Positions 1 to 10,178 of a DNA stretch of 64,000 bases are shown in pieces. The stretch is taken from NCBI GenBank assembly GCA_028715785.1, contig JAQURC010000001.1:12766-76765 (forward strand), written 5' to 3'. Below the pieces are notes generated by a model, which saw only the letters and a list, made by a program, of their open reading frames with translations, did no database searches and had not been told where the DNA came from. Made by a program: the position numbers and the translations under genes. This stretch comes from Candidatus Omnitrophota bacterium (GTDB taxonomy: Bacteria; Omnitrophota; Gorgyraeia; Gygaellales; Profunditerraquicolaceae). The first letter of the stretch is position 1. The number at the start of each line of letters is the position of its first letter.

Positions 1-911
<911 letters not shown>

Positions 912-913
912 AT

Positions 914-2533
914 ATGTCGACGAATAAATTATTAGGGGAGATGCTGGTAAAAAGAAATTGTATTACCCAGGAGCAGCTTGACCAGGTGCTTAAGGACCCT
1001 GTCTGCCAGGAGGATATGCTCGGGGCTGTTCTGGTGAACAAGGGCCTGTTAAAAGAAGAGGACTTGCTCAAAGCGCTTTCCGAGCAGTTCAATTTACCGT
1101 TTTTCGCCCGCTTAAAAGACGCCCACATCTCTACGGAGGCGATTAAGGCTGTGCCGGCCAAATTCGTCAAGCACTATGGTTTTATGCCGATTAGTTTGGA
1201 GGGCCAGGTTTTGACCGTGGCGGTATTTAACCCCATGGATGTTTGGCTGGCGGAAAATATCAAATTGAACCTGGGGTTTAGGGTCAGCCGGATTTTAACT
1301 TCCCGGCGCGAGGTGGAGGCGGCGATACATAAATATTACGGGGCGGTGGCCGGAACCGTCGATAAGATCATGGAGGAGAAGATCGGCCAGGGCACAAAGT
1401 TAGCCAAGGATGAGAGCGTTGAAGATATTGAGAAAAACGCGGGTGAAGCATCGGTGATCGAGCTGGTTAACCAGATAATCAGCGAAGCAATCAAGATGCG
1501 CGCCACGGATATCCATATTGAGATATACGTGGACAAGGTAGTCTTGCGTTACCGTATTGACGGGGTCCTTCGGGAAATGAAGATGCCCCAGGACGCTTAT
1601 TATATCGAGCCGGCGATTGTTTCACGGATTAAAATTATGTGCCATTTGGATGTCGTCGAACACCGCGTCCCGCAGGACGGCCGGGCAAAGGTGCGCCTGC
1701 TTGACGGGCAGGAAGTAGACTTAAGGGTTTCGATATTGCAGGGATATTTCGGGGAGAATGTAGTTATCCGTATCCTGCCTTCCCAGGTGTTATTGGATTT
1801 GAATAAAATTGGATTTTCACCCGAAGATTTAAAAACGATCGAGAGGCTTTTACAAAGACCCCACGGGATTATTTTAATTACCGGCCCTACCGGAAGCGGC
1901 AAGACCACTACGCTTTATACCTGCTTAAGCCGCCTGAACCGCAAAGAGGTGAAAATTATCAGTATTGAAGACCCGGTTGAATACGCCATCGAAGGGATAA
2001 CCCAGATCCATGTTAATCCTAAAGTAGGTTTGACTTTTGCCAGCGCCTTAAGGAGCGTCTTAAGGCATGACCCGGATATTATGATGATCGGGGAGATCCG
2101 TGATTCTGAAACCGCGGACCTGGCGATCCGCTCGTCGCTTACCGGGCATTTAGTTTTTTCCACCCTGCATACCAATGATTCTGCTACCGGTATTGCCCGG
2201 CTGATGGATATGGGTATCGAACCGTATCTTTTAGCTTCTTCGGTTGAGGTAATTATCGCCCAGCGCCTGGTGCGCCTGCTTTGCCCGTTATGCAAAGGCC
2301 GCGGTTGTGAATCTTGCAGTGAGACGGGATTTAAGGGGAGAAGGGCGATATATGAAATTATGCTTATCGATGATGAAATCCGCGGTATGATTACCGAGCA
2401 TAAGAACGCCCAGGATATTAAGGCCAAAGCCAGGGAAAAGGGCATGCGCACGCTTATGGAGAATGGCATGCTTTTGGTCCAGCAGGGTTTAACGACTAAA
2501 GAAGAGATCATGCGGGTGGTGGAATTGGAGTAA
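914..2533 (+). CDS. gspE: Type II secretion / type IV pilus assembly ATPase (GspE/PilB family)
   Basis: N-terminal GSPII_E_N-like domain. Walker A LITGPTGSGKTTTLY. Tetracysteine CPLCKGRGCESC typical of GspE/PilB. ATG at 914 preferred over ORF-track start 887, which overlaps atpD. Confidence 0.9.
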   Translation: MSTNKLLGEMLVKRNCITQEQLDQVLKDPVCQEDMLGAVLVNKGLLKEEDLLKALSEQFNLPFFARLKDAHISTEAIKAVPAKFVKHYGFMPISLEGQVLTVAVFNPMDVWLAENIKLNLGFRVSRILTSRREVEAAIHKYYGAVAGTVDKIMEEKIGQGTKLAKDESVEDIEKNAGEASVIELVNQIISEAIKMRATDIHIEIYVDKVVLRYRIDGVLREMKMPQDAYYIEPAIVSRIKIMCHLDVVEHRVPQDGRAKVRLLDGQEVDLRVSILQGYFGENVVIRILPSQVLLDLNKIGFSPEDLKTIERLLQRPHGIILITGPTGSGKTTTLYTCLSRLNRKEVKIISIEDPVEYAIEGITQIHVNPKVGLTFASALRSVLRHDPDIMMIGEIRDSETADLAIRSSLTGHLVFSTLHTNDSATGIARLMDMGIEPYLLASSVEVIIAQRLVRLLCPLCKGRGCESCSETGFKGRRAIYEIMLIDDEIRGMITEHKNAQDIKAKAREKGMRTLMENGMLLVQQGLTTKEEIMRVVELE

Positions 2534-2573
2534 AAATAGAAACGGTTCCTTTATTTCAATAGGAGACATAAGT

Positions 2574-3800
2574 TTGGAATTTAAATATAAGGCCAAGAAA
2601 AACCTCAATGAAGTTGTCGAGGGTAAGATCGACGGCGGTAGTGTGGAGCAGGTGCTTGAAGAACTGCAGGCAAAAGGGCTTGTGCCGGTTTCCGTCGAGC
2701 CGTTAGCCGGCCCTCCTGTTTCCGCCCCACCATCCCCCAAACCCGAAACTGTTTCCAGCCCAATCGGGAAATGGGGTTTAAAAAACCTGGTTTTATTCAC
2801 TCAGAAACTTTACAATCTGGTTAATTCCCGCGTAGAGCTGCTTAGCGCCTTGAGGCTGTTAGAAAAGAACAGCCAGAATAAGACAGAAAAATTGTTGCTC
2901 GGCGAGGTGGTAAAGAATATTAAAGACGGCGTTTCGTTTTCCAGCTGCCTTAGCCGTTACCCGCAGTATTTCCCGCAATTTTACGTTAATATAATCCACA
3001 CCGGCGAGGCAACCGGCAAGCTCAAAGATGCTCTTATCCAGCTCTTGGATTACCTGCGCCGGTTTGAGGATTTAAGGACCAAGGTAAAGCAGGCGCTGGC
3101 TTATCCCATATTCATGACTTTGGTTGGCGCAGGCACAATATTTGTAATGCTTACTTTTGTCCTGCCGCGCTTGGCCGGGATGTTCGAAGATTTCCAGGCG
3201 CAGCTGCCCTTGCCCACGCTTATTTTGCTCAATATCGCCAATTTCCTTAAGGCTTATTGGATATTTATAATCGGATCTATTATTATGCTTGTTCTCGCTT
3301 TTAAGATCAGGGGCGCAGGCAAAGAAAGTGTTTTTAGCCGGCTGAAATATCATATCCCGATTGCCAAAGATATTGTCTATAAACAGTCGGTAGCGAATTT
3401 TTCCAGGAGTTTATCCCTGCTTTTGCAAAGCGGAGTGAACCTGCTTTCTGCTCTGGCCGACGCCGGCCCGATAATCGGCAACCCGGTTTATGTCAGCCAG
3501 CTTGAGCAGGTGCGCAAAGATATCAGCCAAGGCATGCCTTTTTCAGATTCCCTGGCCAAATTCAAGATCTTCCCGGACTTTTTTGTGCAGATGATCCGCG
3601 TCGGCGAAGAAGGGGGCAGGCTGGATAGCGTGCTTGCGGATATCGCCGATTCTTATGAAAAAGAGATTGAGGCGGATTTAAAGGTTGTCAGTTCCCTTAT
3701 TGAACCGGCAATAATTTTGGTCCTGGGCCTGGTTATCGGGGCGATGGTTATTGCCATGCTCCTGCCGATATTTAATATGAACACCCTCGTTGGCGGATAA
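2574..3800 (+). CDS. gspF: Type II secretion / type IV pilus inner-membrane platform protein (GspF/PilC family)
   Basis: 408 aa with two T2SSF-like repeats and 3 TM segments. TTG start 8 nt after AGGAGA. Position immediately after gspE. Confidence 0.85.
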   Translation: MEFKYKAKKNLNEVVEGKIDGGSVEQVLEELQAKGLVPVSVEPLAGPPVSAPPSPKPETVSSPIGKWGLKNLVLFTQKLYNLVNSRVELLSALRLLEKNSQNKTEKLLLGEVVKNIKDGVSFSSCLSRYPQYFPQFYVNIIHTGEATGKLKDALIQLLDYLRRFEDLRTKVKQALAYPIFMTLVGAGTIFVMLTFVLPRLAGMFEDFQAQLPLPTLILLNIANFLKAYWIFIIGSIIMLVLAFKIRGAGKESVFSRLKYHIPIAKDIVYKQSVANFSRSLSLLLQSGVNLLSALADAGPIIGNPVYVSQLEQVRKDISQGMPFSDSLAKFKIFPDFFVQMIRVGEEGGRLDSVLADIADSYEKEIEADLKVVSSLIEPAIILVLGLVIGAMVIAMLLPIFNMNTLVGG

Positions 3801-3854
3801 AAACAAGGGGACGGTTCTCGAAAACAGAGAACCGTCCCCAATATTCCAATATTC

Positions 3855-5228
3855 ATGAAAACTAAAGTAATCATTGAACTTGCGGAGTCCTATCTTAAGG
3901 TCGGTATCGGCCGAAGGGTTGCGGTTGAGCCCCTGGCCAGCACCGAACCGGCGGTTATTTCCAATGCTTTAAGCTTGATATTAAAACAAAATAAATGCAG
4001 TAAAAACTTCGATGTTTTTGTGGTGTTTAACCGCAACAAAATAACCGTTCGCCGCGTAGACCTGCCTTCGCAAGACCCCAAGGAGCTTGAACAGATGCTG
4101 GGCTTGTGCCTGGTGCGCCAGATCCCCTATCAAAAAGAAGAGGTTTGCTGGGCATATCAGAATTTGGGATTTGACGGCACAAACAACAGCCACCTGATCC
4201 TGGCCATTGCCTTAAAAAATGTTTTTAAAAATATTGTCAATGCTTTTATCCCCATAAATATCCTCCCGGAAGCCATATTAATGAGCTCGCAAGGGCTCCT
4301 GCATTATGTGGCTGAAGCATGCAAAGATAAATCTTTGCTGGAGGGTTCGTATCTGATCCTGGATATTGACGCAAATTACAGCGATTTGGTGCTGGTGCAT
4401 GATCACAAACTAGGCTCGAGCGTGGTAATACCGCAGGGGGCAGTCCAGTTAAAAAACGAGCAGGAAAAAGAAAAATTTGCCATTGAATTGAAGCAGGCGC
4501 TGGTTGCCTTGAATAATGAAATTCCCGAAGCCAAATGCGACAGGTTATTCTTAACCGGGGCGGCAGCCGAACATCTTGTTTTTATCGAGTCAGTCCTGGG
4601 CAGGGATTTTAATTTGAAGGCGCAGTATCTTTCTTCCAGAGAGTATGATACTTTTATCTCCGGAGGCTTAAAGGACATTTCTTTGTCTGCGGTGATGGGG
4701 TTTAATTCGCAGATAGCCAAGGACGATATTAAATTTATTGTCCCCGAGCTGCAGATAAAAAAAGAAATGAAATCCAAAGTGCAACAATTGATGATCCTGG
4801 GGGTCCTCCTGGTTTATATCTTGATTTCTTTGGGCGGAATTGCTTTGCTCAGGCTTATTCAGCAGCAGCTTTATTCAGCCAGCCTCAAGGGGAGAGTTGT
4901 CTCTTTAGCTAAAGAGACCAAGGACCTGGAGGATATTACCGAAAAATTAAAAATTGCCAGGCAATACGTAGACTCCAAGTCTTCGGTATTATCTTCTTTA
5001 TATTCGCTAAATAGATTATGCCCGGAGAGCGTAACCATTACCAATTTTAACTGGGAGCTTCAAAAGAGCCTGTCTTTCAGGGGGTACGCGCAACAGATCC
5101 CGGATATTTTAGCTTTTACCAATACTCTTAGCAATTCCGAATCTTTTAAGGGCGCGCAAAACCGTTACACCCGCAGGCGTAAATTAAAGGATAAGGATGT
5201 GGTTGATTTTGAGGTTGTCGTAAAATGA
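3855..5228 (+). CDS. pilM: PilM-like actin-fold assembly ATPase fused to a PilN-like transmembrane/coiled-coil domain
   Basis: N-terminal ~300 aa has PilM-like blocks (LILDIDANYSDLVLV, LFLTGAAAEHL). A single TM (LMILGVLLVYILISLGGIALL) is followed by a coiled coil and a PilN-like C-terminus. Confidence 0.6.
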   Translation: MKTKVIIELAESYLKVGIGRRVAVEPLASTEPAVISNALSLILKQNKCSKNFDVFVVFNRNKITVRRVDLPSQDPKELEQMLGLCLVRQIPYQKEEVCWAYQNLGFDGTNNSHLILAIALKNVFKNIVNAFIPINILPEAILMSSQGLLHYVAEACKDKSLLEGSYLILDIDANYSDLVLVHDHKLGSSVVIPQGAVQLKNEQEKEKFAIELKQALVALNNEIPEAKCDRLFLTGAAAEHLVFIESVLGRDFNLKAQYLSSREYDTFISGGLKDISLSAVMGFNSQIAKDDIKFIVPELQIKKEMKSKVQQLMILGVLLVYILISLGGIALLRLIQQQLYSASLKGRVVSLAKETKDLEDITEKLKIARQYVDSKSSVLSSLYSLNRLCPESVTITNFNWELQKSLSFRGYAQQIPDILAFTNTLSNSESFKGAQNRYTRRRKLKDKDVVDFEVVVK

Positions 5229-5758
5229 GAGAACTGACTTCCAAGGAAAAAATATTATCGGCATGCATCGGTTTATTGCTGGGGTTATTTATGGTTAAAA
5301 GCTTTGTCCTGGGCCCGATATACGAAAAAACCGCTGTTTTTTCCGCAGAGATAGAGCAGTCTAAAATGGCTATACGTAAATACCTGGCCTTAAACCATAA
5401 CCGCACCCAGATCCTTAAGGCGCAAAAACAAATCGAAGGTTATTCCAGCCTCCGGGGATCTGACGAAGAAAAATCAGCGATGGTGATGAGCAAGGTTGAG
5501 GCTGAAGCCAGGAGATCCAAACTGCAAATATTAGACATGAATGCAATCGGGGCGACCAAGGTAAAGGGCGGAGTGGTTACGCTTTACCGTGTTTCCTTGC
5601 GCGCCGAAGGCCAGCTGAAAAATATCCTGGATTTTATCTCCGGGATTGAAGGGGCAAATATTTTGTTGGAGGTTGAGAAAATCAGTTTGTCTGCCAAGGA
5701 TGAAACCGGAAGCGTTTTAAAAATAGATGCAACCATATTAGGAGTTTCATTTTCTTAA
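5225..5758 (+). CDS. PilO/GspM-like pilus assembly protein
   Basis: 177 aa with an N-terminal TM and coiled coil, then a small periplasmic domain. 4-bp overlap with pilM-N. Call rests on operon context. Confidence 0.45.
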   Translation: MRELTSKEKILSACIGLLLGLFMVKSFVLGPIYEKTAVFSAEIEQSKMAIRKYLALNHNRTQILKAQKQIEGYSSLRGSDEEKSAMVMSKVEAEARRSKLQILDMNAIGATKVKGGVVTLYRVSLRAEGQLKNILDFISGIEGANILLEVEKISLSAKDETGSVLKIDATILGVSFS

Positions 5759-5775
5759 GTGTCGCCTAATATGTA

Positions 5776-5801
5776 GTAGGGGAGGTTTAAACCTCCCCTA
5801 C
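5776..5801. repeat. 26-bp perfect palindrome GTAGGGGAGGTTTAAACCTCCCCTAC (REP-like hairpin family, copy 1)
   Basis: Exact inverted repeat centred on TTTAAA. Intergenic between the pilO-like gene and gspG. Identical core at 11448 and 14488, covariant cores at 15911 and 60555. Confidence 0.8.
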
Positions 5802-5831
5802 AGCTGTTAATAACTAACCAGGGAGGCGTCC

Positions 5832-6230
5832 ATGAAAAAAGCTTTTACCTTGATTGAGTTAATGCTGGTAGTAATTATTATCGGAGTTTTATCGGCGATG
5901 GTCGTCCCTAGGCTTGCCGGCCGCTCCGAGCAGGCGCGCGCGCAGGCGGCAAAAACAGATATTAATTCCAGTATCCCGCTTGCCCTTGATCTTTATGAGA
6001 TGGATATGGGCCGCTATCCTGAATCCCTGGATTACCTGAGGACGCGCCCGCCGGCGGAGGGGGATAGCTGGCATGGCCCATATTTAAAGAAGAGGCCGAT
6101 GGACCCCTGGAATAAACCTTATCTATATAAAGCCCCGGGCGACCATAATCCGGATGGCTACGATCTTTTTTCTGCCGGTAAGGATGGACAACCCGGCACA
6201 ACAGACGATATTATAAACTGGGGTGAATAA
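5832..6230 (+). CDS. gspG: Major pseudopilin (GspG family, prepilin-type N-terminal cleavage/methylation)
   Basis: MKKAFTLIELMLVV prepilin leader. C-terminal DPWNKPYLYKAPGDHNPDGYDLFSAGKDGQPGTTDDIINWG matches the GspG signature. Confidence 0.8.
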   Translation: MKKAFTLIELMLVVIIIGVLSAMVVPRLAGRSEQARAQAAKTDINSSIPLALDLYEMDMGRYPESLDYLRTRPPAEGDSWHGPYLKKRPMDPWNKPYLYKAPGDHNPDGYDLFSAGKDGQPGTTDDIINWGE

Positions 6231-6615
6231 TTTGAAAGGGTTCACTTTAGTCGAGATTATGATCAGCGTATTGATACTGGGATTTGGTTTGACCCTGGCG
6301 GCCAATTCCTATATTGTTGCCTTAAGAGGAATAAACTCTACGGCTAACAGCATCGAAGCTTTGCGCCTGGGGCGAGAAAAGCTGGATGCCCTTGAGGCCT
6401 CCAGTTTAAAAGACGGCTTATCCGCTTCCGTTAGCCGGGATATTTTAAAATCTTCCGCTAAAAATTATGATTATAAACAGGAAATCATTGAGATGACCCT
6501 GCCAAAAGATTTAGCTAAAATTCTCGTAAAGGCCTGCCTGAGCCTTAGCTGGCAGGAACAGAATGCCACAAAAAATGTCGCCCTTTCCACATACCTGCCC
6601 AGACAAAAACAATAA
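6223..6615 (+). CDS. Minor pseudopilin (GspI-like)
   Basis: MNNLKGFTLVEIMISVLIL prepilin N-terminus. ~130 aa. Overlaps the gspG stop. Confidence 0.55.
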   Translation: MNNLKGFTLVEIMISVLILGFGLTLAANSYIVALRGINSTANSIEALRLGREKLDALEASSLKDGLSASVSRDILKSSAKNYDYKQEIIEMTLPKDLAKILVKACLSLSWQEQNATKNVALSTYLPRQKQ

Positions 6616-7171
6616 ACTAGGCGCCTTCACTTTAGTGGAGCTGCTTATCGCGGTTTCTATATTTTCCGTCGTAAGCATCGCCATCTATTCGACTTTTAGT
6701 TCAGGCGCATCTGTTTTAAGCCGCGTAAAAAATATTGACCTTGCCCAGCAGAAGATCTTGCTTAAAACCGAGAGATTTTCCAGGGAATTAAGGGAACTTC
6801 CCGCTTGCAGGAAGCAGTTGTTCCTTGGCGCTAAAACAAAAATTAGTTTCCCCGGTAATTCCGATTATATCCCCTGCCGTATAACTTATTATTTTGATGA
6901 CGCCTCTTCTTGTTTTATGCGCGTAGCGGATAAACTAAGCCAGATCATTACCCCCGAGGGAAAAATAGACGCGCAGTTTAAATCCAAGCCCGTGGTTTTT
7001 TTATCCAAGGTCAAAGAAATAAAATTCAGCTACCTTGTTTTAGACCTGGCTAAGAACGAATATAAGTGGATAGATGAATGGCAGCAGGATTATCTGCCTG
7101 TTGCCGTTAAGTTAACCGTTACCAGCCAAACCCAAGAATATGTCTCGACGGTATTTTTACCCAAAGCATAA
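6563..7171 (+). CDS. Minor pseudopilin (GspJ-like)
   Basis: GAFTLVELLIAVSIF prepilin motif after a short leader. The true start may be the ATG at 6575. ~200 aa. Confidence 0.5.
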   Translation: MPQKMSPFPHTCPDKNNKLGAFTLVELLIAVSIFSVVSIAIYSTFSSGASVLSRVKNIDLAQQKILLKTERFSRELRELPACRKQLFLGAKTKISFPGNSDYIPCRITYYFDDASSCFMRVADKLSQIITPEGKIDAQFKSKPVVFLSKVKEIKFSYLVLDLAKNEYKWIDEWQQDYLPVAVKLTVTSQTQEYVSTVFLPKA

Positions 7172-8081
7172 ACATAAGCCAGAAGGCCATAAGAAAGCAA
7201 GCATCCTGGTGGTCTGCCTCTGGGCGATAATGATCCTTTCCATATTGGGCATGGGTTTGTCCGGCCTGGTTTTCCAGGAGATCAAGTTTGCCAGGACTTA
7301 TCAACGGTTATGTTTTTCTTTGCCCATGGCCAGAGGAGCGTTAAAAGAAGTATTCTACTTAAGGCAAACGGACATTAGCCCTGCTTTTGATACCTTTGAT
7401 GAATTAACCAAAGAGAATGAAACGGCCTTGTGCGGGGGCAATTCTTACAGATACTATTTTGCGGATAAAAGCGGCCCCGCCGATAAAAGCCCGGTTGTTA
7501 CCAGCCAGATTATCGACGAGAGCGCGCTGATTAATTTAAATACCGCTTCCAAGGATGTGCTGATGAGGCTGCCGGGGATGGATGAAGAGCTGGCGGAAAA
7601 AACAGTTAATTCCGGGCTGCGCCCTTTTAGCTCGATCAATGAAGTGTTTTTAGTCGAAGGCATGGGCCGCGATAATTTTATGCTTTTTAAGGATTTGATC
7701 ACTGTGTATGGGGCAGGGAAAATAAATATTAATACCGCAGGCAAAGCGGTACTTTTAGCCTTGGGTTTAGATGATGAGTTGGTGGGAGTGATTTTGCGTT
7801 TTCGGCAAGAGCACAAGATCCCCAATCCCGATCCGGCATCCACCGAAGATCTGGGTTATGGTTTTTCCAGTGCCAGTAAGATACTCGATGATTTAAGGGC
7901 GTTTACCTTTTTGAGTTTAAAGCAGGAGCAGGCTCTCCTGGGGCTGCTTCCCGTCCTGGATGTAAAATCAGAGTATCTGCGTTTTAATATTATCCCTTAC
8001 TCCGGCGGCAGGCAGGGGGTGCGCTATAGCATTGTTATCCATCCGGCAAGCAAAACGATTCTCTCCTGGAATGAACAATAA
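7140..8081 (+). CDS. Minor pseudopilin GspK-like protein with two helix-hairpin-helix motifs
   Basis: Hydrophobic N-terminus ILVVCLWAIMILSILGMG. INLNTASKDVLMRLPGMDEELAEK and KININTAGKAVLLALGL HhH motifs are characteristic of GspK. Confidence 0.6.
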   Translation: MSRRYFYPKHKHKPEGHKKASILVVCLWAIMILSILGMGLSGLVFQEIKFARTYQRLCFSLPMARGALKEVFYLRQTDISPAFDTFDELTKENETALCGGNSYRYYFADKSGPADKSPVVTSQIIDESALINLNTASKDVLMRLPGMDEELAEKTVNSGLRPFSSINEVFLVEGMGRDNFMLFKDLITVYGAGKININTAGKAVLLALGLDDELVGVILRFRQEHKIPNPDPASTEDLGYGFSSASKILDDLRAFTFLSLKQEQALLGLLPVLDVKSEYLRFNIIPYSGGRQGVRYSIVIHPASKTILSWNEQ

Positions 8082-8197
8082 TTGGCTTGACAAAGAAGAC
8101 TATATTTATTAAGATTAAATAGTAAAATTTTACTATATAACAGGAGCGCGCCGGTTGTTTTTGGAGCTAAACTCATTAATTTCAATAAGGTTAGGGA

Positions 8198-8464
8198 ATG
8201 ATTTGGGAAGCTGAAACTGAAAGTAAATTTAAGACCCTGATTTCCAAAATACCCGTATTCCATCGGCATATTACCGAATCAGTGGTCAGCCGCCAAGCAG
8301 AGAAAATCGCCGGCAATCGTAATTGCAGCCAGGTGGAAGATCGGGATGTGATCGCCGCTTTTTTCTCCGATGTCCCCTCGCCGTTCTACAGCATGATGGT
8401 CCGTCTTCTTGAGCAGAATGGTTTTGATTATAAAAAGTACGGTTTTCCAAAGGAGACTCGGTGA
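8198..8464 (+). CDS. Small PCP_red-like domain protein (protochlorophyllide-reductase 57 kDa C-terminal-like fold), function unknown
   Basis: 88 aa. WEAETESKFKTLISKIPVFHRHITESVVSRQAEKIAG resembles PCP_red family small proteins. First gene after a promoter-like gap (TTGACA at 8089). Confidence 0.35.
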   Translation: MIWEAETESKFKTLISKIPVFHRHITESVVSRQAEKIAGNRNCSQVEDRDVIAAFFSDVPSPFYSMMVRLLEQNGFDYKKYGFPKETR

Positions 8465-9468
8465 TGCGTATAGCAATCATTGGCGCCGGGGCCATAGGCT
8501 GTTTGGTTGCCGCTTATCTTAAGGAAAAGGGCGAAGATGTAACCTTAGTCGGCCGCAGTGGTGCGGTCAAGGCGATTAGAGAAAACGGTATTATTGTTTC
8601 AGGGATCAGGGGCAATCTTTTGGCGCATATCGGCATTTCCGACACCCTGAACTATGTCCCGGATTTAGCGATCCTGGCTACTAAAACACAGGATATCAAT
8701 TCTGTTTTGCAGGATAACTCGCATTTACTGCAGAACTCCCTCTTGTTGACCATTCAAAACGGCGTCCGGGCGGATAGTCTGGTTGCCCGGTACGTGCCTG
8801 CGCAGAAGGTTATTTCCAGCATAGTCATGTTCGGTGCAACCAACTTAGAGCCGGGCAAGGTAGTGCATAATTTCGAAGGCAGCTGGGTATTGGGGAGTTT
8901 CTTTAATCCCAATCCTTCCGAGTCTCTGCTGTCCGTGAGCCTGGTTTTAGATAAGGCGTTCCCGACGATAATAAGCAAAGACATAAAGGGGATGAAATAT
9001 TTGAAGATTTTTGTCAATGCCAGCAATTGCCTGCCGGCAATCATCGGCAAGAGCATGCAGGAGGTCTTTAGCGACCTGGCGGTCAGCCGGATCAGTATCG
9101 CTATCTGGAAAGAAGCCTTCAGGATTATCGATTATATCGGGATAGATCTGGTCTCTCTCCCGGGGTTCCCGCTGGAAAACCTTACCAAGCTTACTTCGAT
9201 GCCCAGCGAGTTGGCGGCCCAGGTTTTTTCGGAACGCATGAAAAACCTGAGCAAAGAACCGTTATACGGTTCGATACTACAGAGCATAATGCGCGGTAAC
9301 CTTTCGGAGATCGATTATATTAACGGTGAATTTGTGCGCCTGGCCGAAGAGAATTCTATGCAGGCTCCTTTAAATAAGATTTTAGTGGAGATGGTGCATC
9401 AGGTGGAAAAGAATAACCGGTTTTTCAGCAAAGAAGATTTAATCCAGAAAACAAAAGAGTTGATTTAG
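8461..9468 (+). CDS. 2-dehydropantoate 2-reductase family oxidoreductase (ApbA/PanE-like)
   Basis: N-terminal Rossmann IAIIGAGAIGCLVAAYL...DVTLVGR. ~335 aa typical of the ketopantoate reductase family. 4-bp overlap with the upstream gene. Confidence 0.65.
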   Translation: MMRIAIIGAGAIGCLVAAYLKEKGEDVTLVGRSGAVKAIRENGIIVSGIRGNLLAHIGISDTLNYVPDLAILATKTQDINSVLQDNSHLLQNSLLLTIQNGVRADSLVARYVPAQKVISSIVMFGATNLEPGKVVHNFEGSWVLGSFFNPNPSESLLSVSLVLDKAFPTIISKDIKGMKYLKIFVNASNCLPAIIGKSMQEVFSDLAVSRISIAIWKEAFRIIDYIGIDLVSLPGFPLENLTKLTSMPSELAAQVFSERMKNLSKEPLYGSILQSIMRGNLSEIDYINGEFVRLAEENSMQAPLNKILVEMVHQVEKNNRFFSKEDLIQKTKELI

Positions 9469-9472
9469 AAAA

Positions 9473-10060
9473 ATGAAAGAAGTTAAAACCCCTTTTCCCC
9501 GCTTAAAACTTACCGTAACCCAAGTCTTGGGGGATTGTTACCACGGTTATAAAAGCGGCGATGAAATTATTTTAGAAGATTTTACCCACGCCCCGGTCCA
9601 TTTTTGCTTAGGGCTGGCGCACGCGCTTTTTCCGGTAATCTATGCTTTGAGCTTTGGGGCAAAATTCGGGTTCCGCGATAACCAACGCTCTTTACTGGTC
9701 ACCTGCCCCGACGGAGGAAAGCTGGAATTTAAGGCCGAGATTTTAGATAAAGGGGGTAAACTTGAGGTTGTCCCAAGAGATCCCCGGCATAAAGGGCCAA
9801 ATCCCAAGAAGATGGTTATTGAGGTAGTTGAGGCAAAAGGGAAATGCGCCTTTGGATATAAAGTCGGGGACAAATGGGAGACGCAGGGTTTAAAATGTAT
9901 CCCGGGTTTTTGCGGGGCGGCATTCCACACGGCTTTTCCGGCATTGTTTGCCTTAAATTTCGGAGCCAAATTTTTCTTTATGCCGGATCCGGATTCAATC
10001 GATACGGTTACCTGCCCGGACGGCGGCAATATTGTGTTTAAGGTGACAAGGGTCGAATAA
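9473..10060 (+). CDS. Tandem-duplicated TIGR04076-family protein (two ~95-aa repeats with conserved Cys/His/Pro residues)
   Basis: Both halves carry KGxCxxGYKxGD...CP.GFCxxAFHxxFPxxxALxFGAKF...TCPDGG...VFKVTRVE. Internal repeat visible by eye. Confidence 0.55.
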   Translation: MKEVKTPFPRLKLTVTQVLGDCYHGYKSGDEIILEDFTHAPVHFCLGLAHALFPVIYALSFGAKFGFRDNQRSLLVTCPDGGKLEFKAEILDKGGKLEVVPRDPRHKGPNPKKMVIEVVEAKGKCAFGYKVGDKWETQGLKCIPGFCGAAFHTAFPALFALNFGAKFFFMPDPDSIDTVTCPDGGNIVFKVTRVE

Positions 10061-10083
10061 TCATTAAAGTAATTTACGACCCT

Positions 10084-10162
10084 TGTCATTGCGAGGAGCG
10101 TAGCGACGAAGCAATCACTAAAAGCGAGATTGCTTCGGGCACTTCGTGACCTCGCAATGACA
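10084..10162. repeat. MITE-like element, TGTCATTGCGAG...CTCGCAATGACA family, copy 1 (79 bp)
   Basis: 12-bp terminal inverted repeats plus inner inverted repeat GAAGCAATC/GATTGCTTC. Intergenic before the KS gene. Confidence 0.7.
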
Positions 10163-10178
10163 CAAGAAGGAATATTAT

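Noticed and set aside
2759-2776. Treating the 18-mer repeat as a functional motif
   Set aside because: There are only two copies, one inside a conserved coding region. It is probably coincidence and is listed as a low-interest finding only.
8754-9056. Minus-strand 100-aa ORF inside the PanE-like gene, and similar antisense ORFs throughout the ORF track (e.g. 125-427, 1915-2511, 10400-10834, 16553-16954)
   Set aside because: Each is fully embedded antisense in a homology-supported + strand gene. They are typical shadow ORFs.
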